64,000 nt of DNA from NCBI GenBank assembly GCA_012439925.1, contig GCA_012439925.1_4519.1. One strand, written 5' to 3'. The position numbers and the translations under genes are program-made. Of the stretch, positions 26,601-35,988 are shown in pieces. The DNA comes from a phage. The first letter of the stretch is position 1, and every line of letters begins with the position of its first letter. The notes under the pieces are model-generated. The model was not told the origin of the DNA. It did not search any database and saw only the letters and a program-made list of their open reading frames with translations.

Positions 26601-27530
26601 AGTATCATTACGAACTATACGTAAACGAGATTTCTGGTCACCTTCCCAAACACGCCATAAGCTATTAGCAGAATCATAAACAAAGAATGCTTCCGCAGTA
26701 TTACGTCCTTCTGCTACATGAACACCGGCTTCTCGTATAGAAGTTGTATCATCGTAAGTTTTGACAATTGTGTGATATAACGGGTTTAATTTGTCTAAAT
26801 CAACTAAATTAATAATATCACCATTATTAGCATTACGAGGCAATGTAATATTAATAGGAGCGGCTGATGTAAAACGTCGAATGATAAAATCATTAGGTTG
26901 CGCCTGATACGGCTTAGCAGGAGTTACTGTGACTGCATTACGTTCGTAATCAGAAACATACATTTGCCATAGGCGGTTGCTAAAAATGAAGACCATTTTA
27001 GATTTTGGGTGCGTCATTAAAACTGAACGAACCTGTTGTCCTCTAAAGTTTACAATACTTTGAGCCTCTGCAGTAATTTGAACTTTTACATAGCCTACTC
27101 TACCGCCAATATCAGACAAAATAACTGTATCGCCATTTAAAGGATTTTTAGGCAAAGTGAAATTAATATCAGTGCCAGCTGAAGTATCAACCACAATAGA
27201 GTTACCTACTGATAATTGGAAATCTCCGCCTTGAACTGTAATCCATTCTGCATCTGTACGAGTTGCCTTCCATTTAGCCAAAGAGAAAGGGCCTGCCGGA
27301 GCTGGAATATCGCTTAAAGCTTGATAAAAACGATTATCATAAAGAACAATAAAATCTTTTGTATACGCGCGCGTATCGTCATAATTCTGTACGGTGTTTT
27401 CTTGCACCAAAAAGTCAACGTTCACGCCATCGGTGCCAACTGTGCGGTCAGCAAGCGCAACGTTAACTATCTTATCACCGCCTGCGTCAAGACCATCTTC
27501 GGCCCTGAACTTACGTTTGATGTCAACCAT
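23697..27530 (-). CDS. 34: long tail fibre proximal subunit
   Basis: 1277 aa (T4 gp34 1289 aa); internal repeats of about 40 aa of the phage-fibre type; synteny. Confidence 0.9.
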   Translation of the reverse strand: MVDIKRKFRAEDGLDAGGDKIVNVALADRTVGTDGVNVDFLVQENTVQNYDDTRAYTKDFIVLYDNRFYQALSDIPAPAGPFSLAKWKATRTDAEWITVQGGDFQLSVGNSIVVDTSAGTDINFTLPKNPLNGDTVILSDIGGRVGYVKVQITAEAQSIVNFRGQQVRSVLMTHPKSKMVFIFSNRLWQMYVSDYERNAVTVTPAKPYQAQPNDFIIRRFTSAAPINITLPRNANNGDIINLVDLDKLNPLYHTIVKTYDDTTSIREAGVHVAEGRNTAEAFFVYDSANSLWRVWEGDQKSRLRIVRNDTDLRPNEEVLVFGTNNDTISTVNLTLPTDILSGDTVKISLNYMRKGQTVKIKAAEGDTIASSISLLQFPKRSEYPPDAQWVSVSELEFNGDTSYVPVLELAYIEDYSSETKYWVVQQNTVTVERVDASSNTTRARLGVIALASQAQANVDLENAPGKELAITPETLANRTATETRRGIARIATTAQVNQNTDFAFQDDLIISPKKLNERTATETRRGVAEVATQDETNAGIDDTTIITPKKLDARQGSEVLSGIVKYTSTTGTTAATVRGNAGTNVYNKAVDNLTISPKALDQYKATPTQQGAVILAIESEVIAGESQAGWANAVVTPETLHKKTSTDGRIGLIEIATQAETNTGTDYTRAVTPKTLNDRKATEGLSGIAEIATQVEFDTGTDDTRISSPLKIKTHFDSSDRTSVNSDSGLIEEGTLWNHYTLDISKANETQRGTLRVATQAESNAGTLDDVLITPKKLLGTKSTETSEGVIKVATQAETVTGTSANTAVSPKNLKWIVQDEPTWAATTAIRGFVKTSSGSITFVGDDTQGSTQDLNLYEKNSYAISPYELNRVLANYLPLKAKAVDSNLLDGLDSLQFIRRDIDQTVNGSLSLTKQTNLSAPLVSTSTASFGSEASVTRRLTLNDSSGSEIVFTKGTQSLSNKENFVVRAWGNSATDGARDTVFEAGDETGYHFYSQRASDNKVSFNINGTLYSTGIVSTNGLNVTGVSTFTGPISATGEIVSSSPIAFRAINGNYGVMLYNAGNSSYIALTNSGDQTGTFNNLRPITINNATGLVRLDNGVQITSGATITTGGLTVNNRIISNGVKTATVYTDKPTASTVGFWSIDINDSAVYSQFPGYWTRDNKGNRDQEIKYPGTLTQFGNSLDSLYQDWICYPTGANGGSIRYTRTWQKNKDAWTSFAMVFDSGNPPSPSDVGAIPSDNAVIGNLTVRDFLQLGNVRIVPDPVNKTVKFIWVE

Positions 27531-27564
27531 GGTAGTCCTCTTATCATTATGTGTTCTATTTTAC

Positions 27565-27572
27565 TATTTATA
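27565..27572 (-). promoter_or_regulatory. late promoter TATAAATA for gene 34
   Basis: TATAAATA on minus strand about 35 bp upstream of the gene 34 start. Confidence 0.55.
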
Positions 27573-27587
27573 AATGAGTAAAAGACT

Positions 27588-27617
27588 ATTTACGCTTTCG
27601 AACTAGTATGTTACTAT
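27588..27617 (+). promoter_or_regulatory. early promoter-like element upstream of rnh
   Basis: ATTTAC 27588-27593, 18-bp spacer, TACTAT 27612-27617. Confidence 0.35.
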
Positions 27618-27650
27618 AGTCCAAGTTGACTAACTGAACAAGAGGTTCAT

Positions 27651-28568
27651 ATGGATTTAGAAATGATGTTGAATGAAGATTACAAAGAAGGTATTGCACT
27701 TGCCGACTTTAGTAACATTGCATTGGCAGCTGCATTAAACAACTTTGAAGACGGTGATAAAATTACTGTTCCGATGGTTCGCCATGTAGTCTTGAATTCA
27801 ATTCGTAAAAACGTAGTGATGTTCCGTAAGCAAGGTTATACAAAATTTGTATTGTGCATGGATAACGCTACTTCTGGATATTGGCGTCGTGACTTTGCTT
27901 ACTATTATAAGAAAAATCGTAAAACCGATCGTGAAGCTTCAAAGTGGGATTGGGAAGGATATTTTACTGCACTTCATCAAGTTGTTGATGAGATTAAGAA
28001 ATATATGCCATACGTTGTAATGGATATTGACAAATACGAAGCGGATGACCATATCGGTGTATTAACTAAATATTTGTCATTAGCTGGTCATAAGGTATGT
28101 ATTGTTGCATCAGATGGTGACTTTACACAATTACACAAATATCCTAACGTTAAACAGTGGTCGCCACCACAGAAAAAATGGGTTAAAATTAAGAATGGTT
28201 CTGCTGAAATTGATTGCATGACTAAAATTCTTAAAGGCGACCGTAAGGATGGTGTTGCATCTGTTCGAGTTCGTGGTGACTTCTGGTTTACTCGAGTTGA
28301 AGGTGAACGAACTCCAAGCATGAAAACATCAATTATTGAAGCAATTGCTAACGACCGTTCTCAAGCTGAAGTATTATTAAGTGCAGAAGAATATAAACGG
28401 TATCAAGAAAATTTGGTTCTCATTGATTTTGATTATATCCCTGATAATATTGCTTCAACCATTATAGAGTATTATAACTCGTATAAACAACAACCTAAAG
28501 GCAAGATTTATTCATACTTTGTAAAATCTGGTCTTTCTAAATTAACAAGTGTAATTAATGAATTCTGA
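27651..28568 (+). CDS. rnh: RNase H (5'-3' exonuclease, FEN family)
   Basis: 305 aa, same length as T4 RNase H; conserved acidic FEN motifs (DGDF, YEADD). Confidence 0.9.
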   Translation: MDLEMMLNEDYKEGIALADFSNIALAAALNNFEDGDKITVPMVRHVVLNSIRKNVVMFRKQGYTKFVLCMDNATSGYWRRDFAYYYKKNRKTDREASKWDWEGYFTALHQVVDEIKKYMPYVVMDIDKYEADDHIGVLTKYLSLAGHKVCIVASDGDFTQLHKYPNVKQWSPPQKKWVKIKNGSAEIDCMTKILKGDRKDGVASVRVRGDFWFTRVEGERTPSMKTSIIEAIANDRSQAEVLLSAEEYKRYQENLVLIDFDYIPDNIASTIIEYYNSYKQQPKGKIYSYFVKSGLSKLTSVINEF

Positions 28569-28575
28569 GGTAAAC

Positions 28576-28845
28576 ATGGCTAAGAAAGAAGCAGTTGAAT
28601 TTAATCAAGATGTGCATGGTGAAGAACTGGCTAAACTAGTCAAGGAAGCTTCCGATAACAAACTTAAAATTTCTGGTTATAATGAACTGATTAAAGACAT
28701 TCGTACTCGTGCTAAAGAAGAGCTTGGTGTCGATGGAAAAATGTTTAATCGTTTGTTAGCTCTTTATCATAAAGATGCTCGTGACCAATTTGAAGCTGAA
28801 AACGAAGAGGTAGTCGAGCTTTATGACACAGTTTTCACTAAGTGA
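28576..28845 (+). CDS. dsbA: dsDNA-binding protein DsbA (late transcription enhancer)
   Basis: Start MAKKEAVEF with RBS GAGGT; 89 aa as in T4; synteny rnh - dsbA - 33. Confidence 0.8.
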   Translation: MAKKEAVEFNQDVHGEELAKLVKEASDNKLKISGYNELIKDIRTRAKEELGVDGKMFNRLLALYHKDARDQFEAENEEVVELYDTVFTK

Positions 28846-29161
28846 TATTAAACCGGTTGATGAGGCCGGTTTATCTGAACAAGAATTAGCAGTAAAACAT
28901 GATAAAGATGATATCGCTAAATTGCTTGACCGCCAAGAAAACGGATTCATTATCGAATCTATGGTTGAACAATTTGGTATGTCTTATTTAGAAGCAACAA
29001 CTGCTTTCTTAGAAGAAAATTCTATTCCAGAAACACAATTTGCTAAATTTATTCCTACAGGAATTGTTGAAAAAATTACAAGCGAAGCAATTGACGAAAA
29101 CATGCTTCGCCCGTCAGTTGCTCGTGGTGAAAAAACTAATACGTTAGATTTCTTATTATGA
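28823..29161 (+). CDS. 33: late transcription co-activator gp33
   Basis: 112 aa as in T4; synteny. Confidence 0.8.
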   Translation: MTQFSLSDIKPVDEAGLSEQELAVKHDKDDIAKLLDRQENGFIIESMVEQFGMSYLEATTAFLEENSIPETQFAKFIPTGIVEKITSEAIDENMLRPSVARGEKTNTLDFLL

Positions 29162-29811
29162 TTAAAATACGCATGCCTCCTGATGGAGAACGTTATATTA
29201 ACGGAAAATCGGTATACAAACTATACTTGATGTGCAAAAACCATTTTGGTGGTCGGTATGACGTAATCAAATATAACTGGTGCATGCGTGTTTCGGATAA
29301 TGCGTATCAAAAACGTCGAGATAAATATTTCTTTGAAAAACTAGCAGAGAAATATAAGTTAAAGGAACTCACTTTGATATTCATCAGTAACTTAGTTGCT
29401 AACCAAGATGCATGGATTGGTGAGATATCAGACGCTGATGCATTAGTTTTCTATAGGGAATATATTGGACGTCTCAAACAAGCCAAGGAGACGTTTGCTG
29501 AAGATGTACGTAACATCTACTATTTCAGTAAGAAAGTGGAAGTTAGTGCGCTTCAAGAGATATTTGATTATAATAATAAAGTTCAGTCGAGCTACATATT
29601 TAAATTGCTACAAAGCAATATAATTTCGTTTGAAACCTTCTTGTTGTTGGATTCATTCTTGAATATTATAGATAAGCACGACGAACTCACCGACAATTTA
29701 GTCTGGCAAAATTATTCTACCAAATTAAAGGCATATCGAAAAATACTTCAAATCGATGGAAATGCTGCTAAGAAATTGTTCATAGAAACAATCAAATCAT
29801 GTAAGTATTAA
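29158..29811 (+). CDS. 59: helicase loader gp59
   Basis: 217 aa as in T4; directly upstream of gene 32. Confidence 0.85.
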   Translation: MIKIRMPPDGERYINGKSVYKLYLMCKNHFGGRYDVIKYNWCMRVSDNAYQKRRDKYFFEKLAEKYKLKELTLIFISNLVANQDAWIGEISDADALVFYREYIGRLKQAKETFAEDVRNIYYFSKKVEVSALQEIFDYNNKVQSSYIFKLLQSNIISFETFLLLDSFLNIIDKHDELTDNLVWQNYSTKLKAYRKILQIDGNAAKKLFIETIKSCKY

Positions 29812-29840
29812 GCTTTATTTCTTGTGTGTTAAAATTACTT

Positions 29841-29848
29841 TATAAATA
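29841..29848 (+). promoter_or_regulatory. late promoter TATAAATA upstream of gene 32
   Basis: TATAAATA about 80 bp upstream of the gene 32 ATG. Confidence 0.45.
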
Positions 29849-29858
29849 AATCATACCA

Positions 29859-29927
29859 GCTACGAGGTATAAGTGTCGTAGCAACCAACTGTAAATAAAT
29901 TAAATAATCTAAATAAAGGTAAATATA
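29859..29927 (+). promoter_or_regulatory. gene 32 translational operator (hairpin/pseudoknot candidate plus A/U-rich tract)
   Basis: GCTACG-N12-CGTAGC hairpin followed by an unstructured A/T-rich leader, consistent with the T4 gene 32 autoregulatory leader. Confidence 0.5.
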
Positions 29928-30827
29928 ATGTTTAAACGTAAATCTACTGCTGACCTCGCTGCTCAAATGGCTAAACTGAATGGTAACAAAGGTTTCTCTT
30001 CAGAAGATAAAGGCGAATGGAAGCTGAAGCTAGATGCATCAGGTAATGGTCAAGCGGTAATTCGTTTCTTGCCAGCAAAAACTGATGATGCACTACCATT
30101 TGCAATTCTTGTTAACCACGGTTTCAAGAAAAATGGTAAATGGTATATTGAAAATTGCTCTTCTACACATGGTGATTACGACTCTTGTCCTGTATGTCAG
30201 TACATTAGTAAAAATGACCTGTACAATACCAACAAAACTGAATATTCTCAACTGAAACGTAAAACTTCTTATTGGGCTAATATTCTGGTTGTTAAAGACC
30301 CTCAAGCTCCAGATAATGAAGGTAAAGTATTTAAATATCGTTTCGGTAAAAAGATTTGGGACAAAATCAATGCAATGATTGCAGTTGATACCGAAATGGG
30401 TGAAACTCCAGTTGATGTTACTTGTCCGTTTGAAGGTGCTAACTTCGTTCTGAAAGCTAAGCAGGTTTCCGGTTTTAGCAACTATGACGAATCTAAATTC
30501 TTGGGTCAATCTGAAATTCCTCGTATTAATGACGAAGCATTCCAGAAAGAACTATACGACCAGATGGTAGACCTTACTACTTTGACGGCTAAAGACCAGT
30601 TCAAATCCTTTGAAAAATTAAATGAATCTTTCGCTAAGGTTCTTGGTACTGCCGCTCTTGGCGGTGCAGCAGCTGCCGCAGCTTCTGTCGCAGATAAAGT
30701 TGCTTCCGACCTTGACGATTTTGATAAAGACATGGAAGCCTTTAGTTCTGCAAAAACTGAAGATGACTTCATGAGTTCCTCGTCTTCTGACGATGGCGAC
30801 CTCGATGACCTGTTAGCTGGTCTATAA
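29928..30827 (+). CDS. 32: single-stranded DNA-binding protein gp32
   Basis: 299 aa; near-identical to T4 gp32 as recalled, including zinc-binding Cys/His cluster and acidic C-terminal tail. Confidence 0.95.
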   Translation: MFKRKSTADLAAQMAKLNGNKGFSSEDKGEWKLKLDASGNGQAVIRFLPAKTDDALPFAILVNHGFKKNGKWYIENCSSTHGDYDSCPVCQYISKNDLYNTNKTEYSQLKRKTSYWANILVVKDPQAPDNEGKVFKYRFGKKIWDKINAMIAVDTEMGETPVDVTCPFEGANFVLKAKQVSGFSNYDESKFLGQSEIPRINDEAFQKELYDQMVDLTTLTAKDQFKSFEKLNESFAKVLGTAALGGAAAAAASVADKVASDLDDFDKDMEAFSSAKTEDDFMSSSSSDDGDLDDLLAGL

Positions 30828-30833
30828 TAAATT

Positions 30834-30857
30834 GGGAGACTTCGGTCTCCCTTTTGA
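30834..30857 (+). terminator. intrinsic terminator after gene 32
   Basis: GGGAGACttcgGTCTCCC followed by TTTT; identical hairpin at 45849. Confidence 0.7.
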
Positions 30858-30883
30858 GTATCTGTAAATTGCCGAAAAAAGTT

Positions 30884-30912
30884 GTTTACTTCTTCCCTGG
30901 ATGTGTTAGTAT
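30884..30912 (+). promoter_or_regulatory. T4-type early promoter
   Basis: GTTTAC 30884-30889, 17-bp spacer, TAGTAT 30907-30912. Confidence 0.55.
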
Positions 30913-30941
30913 AGACTTATCAACAACATGAGGAAATCAAA

Positions 30942-31334
30942 ATGGAAATCGGAAAATCTTATATCATTAACCCTTTATTTAAAGATGACTTTGTTCAAGA
31001 AGCACCACACAATAATGCTAAGATGTTAAAATTGATTGAACTCCACGGGCCTAGTTTTGTTGTAAACGGAATGGAACCTGATTATGATAGCGATACGTCA
31101 AACGTAGTAAGTGTAACTATGGAAGATGGTACGGTATGTTCTGCCGGTGGTGAAATTGAAACTTATTTTGAGATTTATCCTGACGAGTTCAAATACTTTA
31201 CTGAGGTAGATTTAGTAAAGCCTCAACCTACTAACGAAGGTATAACTTTAGGTGTAACAAAAATCCATTGTATCGTAGATGAAACCAACGTCGACGAAAT
31301 CATCAAACTTTTGCAAAAAACTTTTAAAAAGTAG
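30942..31334 (+). CDS. hypothetical protein (frd.x-like position)
   Basis: 130-aa ORF with RBS GAGGAAA. Confidence 0.5.
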   Translation: MEIGKSYIINPLFKDDFVQEAPHNNAKMLKLIELHGPSFVVNGMEPDYDSDTSNVVSVTMEDGTVCSAGGEIETYFEIYPDEFKYFTEVDLVKPQPTNEGITLGVTKIHCIVDETNVDEIIKLLQKTFKK

Positions 31335-31364
31335 TTTATAACAAGATAGGGCTATGTTATAGTA
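31334..31364 (+). promoter_or_regulatory. early promoter-like cassette with inverted repeat
   Basis: GTTTAT 31334-31339 followed by TAGGGCTATGTTATAGTAGTCCTA. Confidence 0.45.
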
Positions 31365-31386
31365 GTCCTATCAAATCAAAAGTGAA

Positions 31387-31641
31387 ATGGAGAATAAAAT
31401 GAGATTGCAACGTCAGAGCATCAAAGATTCGGAAGTTAGAGGTAAATGGTACTTCAACATCGTTGGTAAAGATGCTGAACTCCTTGAACAAGCTGAAGAA
31501 GCTTTACGTGAAATGGGTTGGAACGAAGAATGTGATGGATGTCCACTCTACGAAGATGGTATATCATCCGGATTCTGGATTTATCACTCGGATGTCGACC
31601 AATTTAAAGCTGATTGGAAAATTGTGAAAAAGTCTGTTTGA
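31387..31641 (+). CDS. hypothetical small protein
   Basis: 84-aa ORF. Confidence 0.45.
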   Translation: MENKMRLQRQSIKDSEVRGKWYFNIVGKDAELLEQAEEALREMGWNEECDGCPLYEDGISSGFWIYHSDVDQFKADWKIVKKSV

Positions 31642-31650
31642 GGAAATACA

Positions 31651-31902
31651 ATGAAAACACTAAATTTACTTAAGGTTGGGGAAGACATAGATATTGCTGA
31701 TATCTACAAAAATCTAACTTATTATGATAATTTATTTGTCGTTCAAACCTTAAATGGCGATTATTACACGGTTTCTTTAGTGCGAAATAAATTTAAAAAC
31801 AAATTTTACTTTTGTATTTATAATTATCATGGCCAACGCTCTAGCAATTATATTGAACCGTCTGACATATTTTATATTGAGGAATTAAAATGCTTAAATT
31901 AG
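31651..31902 (+). CDS. hypothetical small protein
   Basis: 83-aa ORF, RBS GAGGAAA. Confidence 0.45.
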   Translation: MKTLNLLKVGEDIDIADIYKNLTYYDNLFVVQTLNGDYYTVSLVRNKFKNKFYFCIYNYHGQRSSNYIEPSDIFYIEELKCLN

Positions 31903-32477
31903 TATTCGCATGCGCACCATCTAAAACAGTTGATGATAAACTGGAATATGCTTTTGGATTAGGTGATGGACTTCCATGGAAGCATATCAAACAAGATATG
32001 AGTAACTTTGTTGCTCGCACTAAAAACACTGTAATGGTTATGGGTGCTAAGACTTTTGCATCATTACCTCGTCTACTCCCAGATCGTACTCATGTAGTTG
32101 TCACCGATATGTCTAGAAAACTGCCTAGGACTAAAAGCGACGAACTTGCACGGTTCTATATCACCCAAGCAGAATTTATTACCCTGGTGACTGGTAGTGA
32201 AATTAACTTGTTCGGCCCTTCAACAGACGTACCATTTAAACTTTCTACTGAACATGTTGATGTATCTGTTATCGGTGGCCCGGCTCTATTAAAACAAGCA
32301 CTGCCTTATGCTGATGAAATTGTGATGACTAAAATCATTAAGAAATGTCGTGTTAATTCAGACGTTCAACTTGATAAAGATTTCATCCAAGATATTATGC
32401 TTCAACGTTCTATGGTAGAATCTCATTACTACAGAATCGATGAACTCACCGAAATTACTGAGAGCGTATATAAATGA
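31890..32477 (+). CDS. frd: dihydrofolate reductase
   Basis: 195 aa (T4 Frd 193 aa); AFGLGDGLPW, VMGAKTF and VIGGPALL motifs. Confidence 0.9.
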   Translation: MLKLVFACAPSKTVDDKLEYAFGLGDGLPWKHIKQDMSNFVARTKNTVMVMGAKTFASLPRLLPDRTHVVVTDMSRKLPRTKSDELARFYITQAEFITLVTGSEINLFGPSTDVPFKLSTEHVDVSVIGGPALLKQALPYADEIVMTKIIKKCRVNSDVQLDKDFIQDIMLQRSMVESHYYRIDELTEITESVYK

Positions 32478-33334
32478 AACAATACCAATACCTGATTAAT
32501 GATATCCTAGAAAATGGCTACGAAACAGACGACCGTACAGGCACAGGAACAATTGCCCTGTTCGGAACTAAATTACGTTGGGACCTGACTAAAGGATTCC
32601 CTGCAGTAACAACTAAGAAATTAGCATGGAAAGCTTGTATTGCCGAGTTACTGTGGTTCATGTCTGGTTCTACCAATGTTAATGATTTACGTATTCGTAC
32701 TCACGGTAGTCTTATTCAAGGTAAAACTATTTGGGACGACAACTATGAAAATCAGGCAAAAGACCTTGGATATCATAGCGGCGAACTTGGTCCTATTTAT
32801 GGTAAGCAATGGCGTGATTTTGGCGGTGTAGACCAATTGGTCAAAACTATCGACCGCATTAAAGCTCTTCCTAATGATCGTCGTCAAATAGTTTCTGCAT
32901 GGAATCCGGCCGAAATAAATCAAATGGCTCTTCCTCCTTGCCATATGTTCTATCAGTTCAATGTGCGTAATGGTCATCTTGATTTACAATGGTACCAGAG
33001 AAGTGTTGATGTTTTCTTGGGTTTGCCATTCAACATTGCCTCGTACGCTGCCTTGACTCATATTGTAGCTAAGATGTGTAATCTTATCCCGGGCGATTTA
33101 GTGTTCTCAGGCGGCAACACGCATATCTACAGCAATCATGTAGAACAATGCAAAGAAGTTCTTCGTCGTGAGCCTAAAGAACTGTGTGAACTTAAAATTG
33201 ATTGGCCTGAAGGATTCTCTGATTGGAGCACGACACTACAGCTTCATTGGGTAACAGAGCATATGAATCCGAGTGATTTCATTCTTAAAAATTACGAATC
33301 ACATCCAGCTATCAAAGCTAAAATGGCGGTATAA
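32474..33334 (+). CDS. td: thymidylate synthase, uninterrupted (no intron)
   Basis: 286 aa as in T4; active-site region LPPCHMFYQF; continuous ORF. Confidence 0.95.
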   Translation: MKQYQYLINDILENGYETDDRTGTGTIALFGTKLRWDLTKGFPAVTTKKLAWKACIAELLWFMSGSTNVNDLRIRTHGSLIQGKTIWDDNYENQAKDLGYHSGELGPIYGKQWRDFGGVDQLVKTIDRIKALPNDRRQIVSAWNPAEINQMALPPCHMFYQFNVRNGHLDLQWYQRSVDVFLGLPFNIASYAALTHIVAKMCNLIPGDLVFSGGNTHIYSNHVEQCKEVLRREPKELCELKIDWPEGFSDWSTTLQLHWVTEHMNPSDFILKNYESHPAIKAKMAV

Positions 33335-33335
33335 A

Positions 33336-33590
33336 ATGATTTTACGTTTTATTAATTCATATGGCACCACAATTTTTGAAATGAAAAATCCAAGTGAACT
33401 GGATATCCCTTCACCGAATAGTGAAATCACAGTTAAAGGTGAACGATTCATTTGTCATTCACACGAACGAATTTATGAATATCGTGAATTTTGTGGTGGT
33501 TACGGTATGGAAAAAGAACCGTTGGTTTATTTCAATATCACAGTCTTAACACCTAAAGAATACAAAGAAATTATTGCTAAGAATAATTAA
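33336..33590 (+). CDS. hypothetical small protein (nrdA.x-like position)
   Basis: 84 aa from ATG overlapping the td stop (TAAAATG). Confidence 0.4.
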   Translation: MILRFINSYGTTIFEMKNPSELDIPSPNSEITVKGERFICHSHERIYEYREFCGGYGMEKEPLVYFNITVLTPKEYKEIIAKNN

Positions 33591-33614
33591 CGCTTCAGTT
33601 TAAAAGTGTATAAT
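33589..33614 (+). promoter_or_regulatory. promoter-like element upstream of nrdA (MotA-box-like plus TATAAT)
   Basis: AACGCTTCA (imperfect MotA box) 11 bp upstream of TATAAT 33609-33614; followed by inverted repeat AACGGGATA / TATCCCGTT. Confidence 0.3.
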
Positions 33615-33677
33615 AAATTAACGGGATAAATACTATCCCGTTTGGAGTAATGTCTATCAACCTATACTGAGGAATAT

Positions 33678-35933
33678 ATGCAAGTAACTAAGAGCAGTGG
33701 GGTATCCCAAAATTTTGATGCACAGAAAATTATTCAAGTCTTAACTTGGCAGTGTGAAGGAACACAAATCGACCCATACGAATTGTATGAAGAAATTAAG
33801 ACTCATCTGGTTGATGGGATGAGCACCAAAGATATCCAGAAGATTTGTATTAAAGTTGCAGCTAACTCGATTTCTGTCGAAGAACCTGATTATCAATATG
33901 TTGCCGCTAAAGGATTAATGTTTGCACTTCGTAAAGATGTGTATGGACAGTTTGAACCTCCTGCTTTTATCGACCATATCTCGTATTGTGTTAATGAAGG
34001 CAAATATGATCCTGAGTTGTTGTCTAGATATTCTGCAGAAGAAATCATTTATCTTGATTCTCGGATTAAACATGAGCGAGATTTTGATCTGACTTATGCT
34101 GGTGCTATGCAGCTTAAAGAAAAATACCTGGTTAAAGATAAAACAACTGGGAAGATTTATGAAACTCCACAGTTTGCTATCATGGCCATTGGTATGGCCT
34201 TACATCAAGACGAAACTCATGACCGTTTGAAACATATTATTCGTTTTTATGATGCCGTTTCTACTCATCAAGTTTCGTTGCCTACTCCAATTATGGCAGG
34301 TGCTCGTACTCCAACTCGCCAGTTCTCTAGTTGTGTAGTTATTGAAGCTGGTGATTCGTTAAAATCTATTAACAAAACTTCAGCATCAATTATTGAATAT
34401 ATTTCTAAACGAGCTGGTATCGGTATCAACGTTGGTATGCTTCGTGCAGAAGGTTCTAAGATCGGTATGGGTGAAGTTCGACATACGGGTGTTATTCCAT
34501 TCTGGAAACATTTCCAAACTGCAGTAAAATCTTGTTCTCAAGGTGGTATTCGTGGTGGTGCTGCTACAGCGTATTATCCGATGTGGCACTTAGAAGTAGA
34601 GAACCTATTAGTTCTGAAAAATAACAAAGGCGTGGATGAAAACCGTATTCGACATATGGACTATGGAATTCAGATTAATGACCTCATGATGGAACGCCTT
34701 GGTAAAAATGATTATATTACTTTATTTAGCCCTCACGAAATGTCAGGCGAACTATACTACTCGTTCTTTGAAGATCAAGATAAATTCCGTGAGCTTTATG
34801 AGAAAGCTGAAAAAGACCCAACAATCAGAAAGAAAAGAATCAAAGCACTAGAACTCTTTGAATTGTTCATGACTGAACGTTCTGGCACTGCTCGAATTTA
34901 TCCACAGTTTGTTGATAACACGAATAACTACACTCCATTTATTCGTGAAAAAGCTCCAATTCGTCAGAGTAACTTATGTTGTGAAATCGCTATTCCAACT
35001 AATGATGTGAATGGCCCTGATGCTGAAATTGGTTTATGCACGTTATCTGCTTTTGTATTAGATAAATTTGATTGGCAAGACCAAGATAAAATTAATGAAC
35101 TTGCTGAAGTACAAGTACGTGCACTTGATAACCTGTTAGACTATCAAGACTATCCGGTTCCAGAAGCTTTAAAAGCCAAAAAGCGTCGAAACCTAGGTGT
35201 CGGTGTGACGAACTATGCTGCATGGTTAGCTTCTAACTTTGCTTCATATGAAGACGCTAACGATTTGACTCATGAATTGTTTGAGAGATTGCAATATGGC
35301 CTTATCAAAGCTTCAATCAAACTCGCCAAAGAAAAAGGATGTTGCGAGTATTATTCAGACACTAAATGGTCTAGAGGCGAATTACCTATCGACTGGTACA
35401 ATAAAAAGATTGACCAAATCGCAGCCCCGAACTACGTCTGCGACTGGGAAGAACTTCGAGCTGAACTCAAAGAACACGGAATTCGTAACTCAACGTTGTC
35501 TGCACTCATGCCATGCGAATCAAGCAGCCAGGTCTCAAATAGCACAAACGGTATTGAACCACCTCGTGGCCCAGTAAGTATTAAAGAATCTAAAGAAGGT
35601 AATTTCCGTCAAGTAGTTCCTAATATTGAACACAACATGGGTCTTTATGACTATGCGTGGAAACTTGCTAAGAAAGGTAATAAACCTTATTTGACCCAAG
35701 TTGCTATCATGTTGAAATGGGTGTGCCAATCTGCTTCTGCTAATACTTACTATGACCCTGCAGTATTTGAGAAAGGTAAAGTGCCAATGTCAGTAATGCT
35801 TGACGATCTGCTTTACTTCTGGTACTTTGGCGGAAAAAACCTCTACTATCATAACACTCGTGATGGGTCAGGTACAGATGACTATGAATTAGAAACGCCT
35901 AAAGCTGAAGATTGTTCTGCTTGTAAGCTTTAA
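33678..35933 (+). CDS. nrdA: aerobic ribonucleotide reductase large subunit
   Basis: 751 aa (T4 NrdA 754 aa); class I RNR motifs including catalytic region NLCCEIA and C-terminal Cys pair. Confidence 0.95.
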   Translation: MQVTKSSGVSQNFDAQKIIQVLTWQCEGTQIDPYELYEEIKTHLVDGMSTKDIQKICIKVAANSISVEEPDYQYVAAKGLMFALRKDVYGQFEPPAFIDHISYCVNEGKYDPELLSRYSAEEIIYLDSRIKHERDFDLTYAGAMQLKEKYLVKDKTTGKIYETPQFAIMAIGMALHQDETHDRLKHIIRFYDAVSTHQVSLPTPIMAGARTPTRQFSSCVVIEAGDSLKSINKTSASIIEYISKRAGIGINVGMLRAEGSKIGMGEVRHTGVIPFWKHFQTAVKSCSQGGIRGGAATAYYPMWHLEVENLLVLKNNKGVDENRIRHMDYGIQINDLMMERLGKNDYITLFSPHEMSGELYYSFFEDQDKFRELYEKAEKDPTIRKKRIKALELFELFMTERSGTARIYPQFVDNTNNYTPFIREKAPIRQSNLCCEIAIPTNDVNGPDAEIGLCTLSAFVLDKFDWQDQDKINELAEVQVRALDNLLDYQDYPVPEALKAKKRRNLGVGVTNYAAWLASNFASYEDANDLTHELFERLQYGLIKASIKLAKEKGCCEYYSDTKWSRGELPIDWYNKKIDQIAAPNYVCDWEELRAELKEHGIRNSTLSALMPCESSSQVSNSTNGIEPPRGPVSIKESKEGNFRQVVPNIEHNMGLYDYAWKLAKKGNKPYLTQVAIMLKWVCQSASANTYYDPAVFEKGKVPMSVMLDDLLYFWYFGGKNLYYHNTRDGSGTDDYELETPKAEDCSACKL

Positions 35934-35988
35934 GACTTTTGATTATAATTTACTCATGGATGAGTTAATAACTAAGTGAGAAAATATA

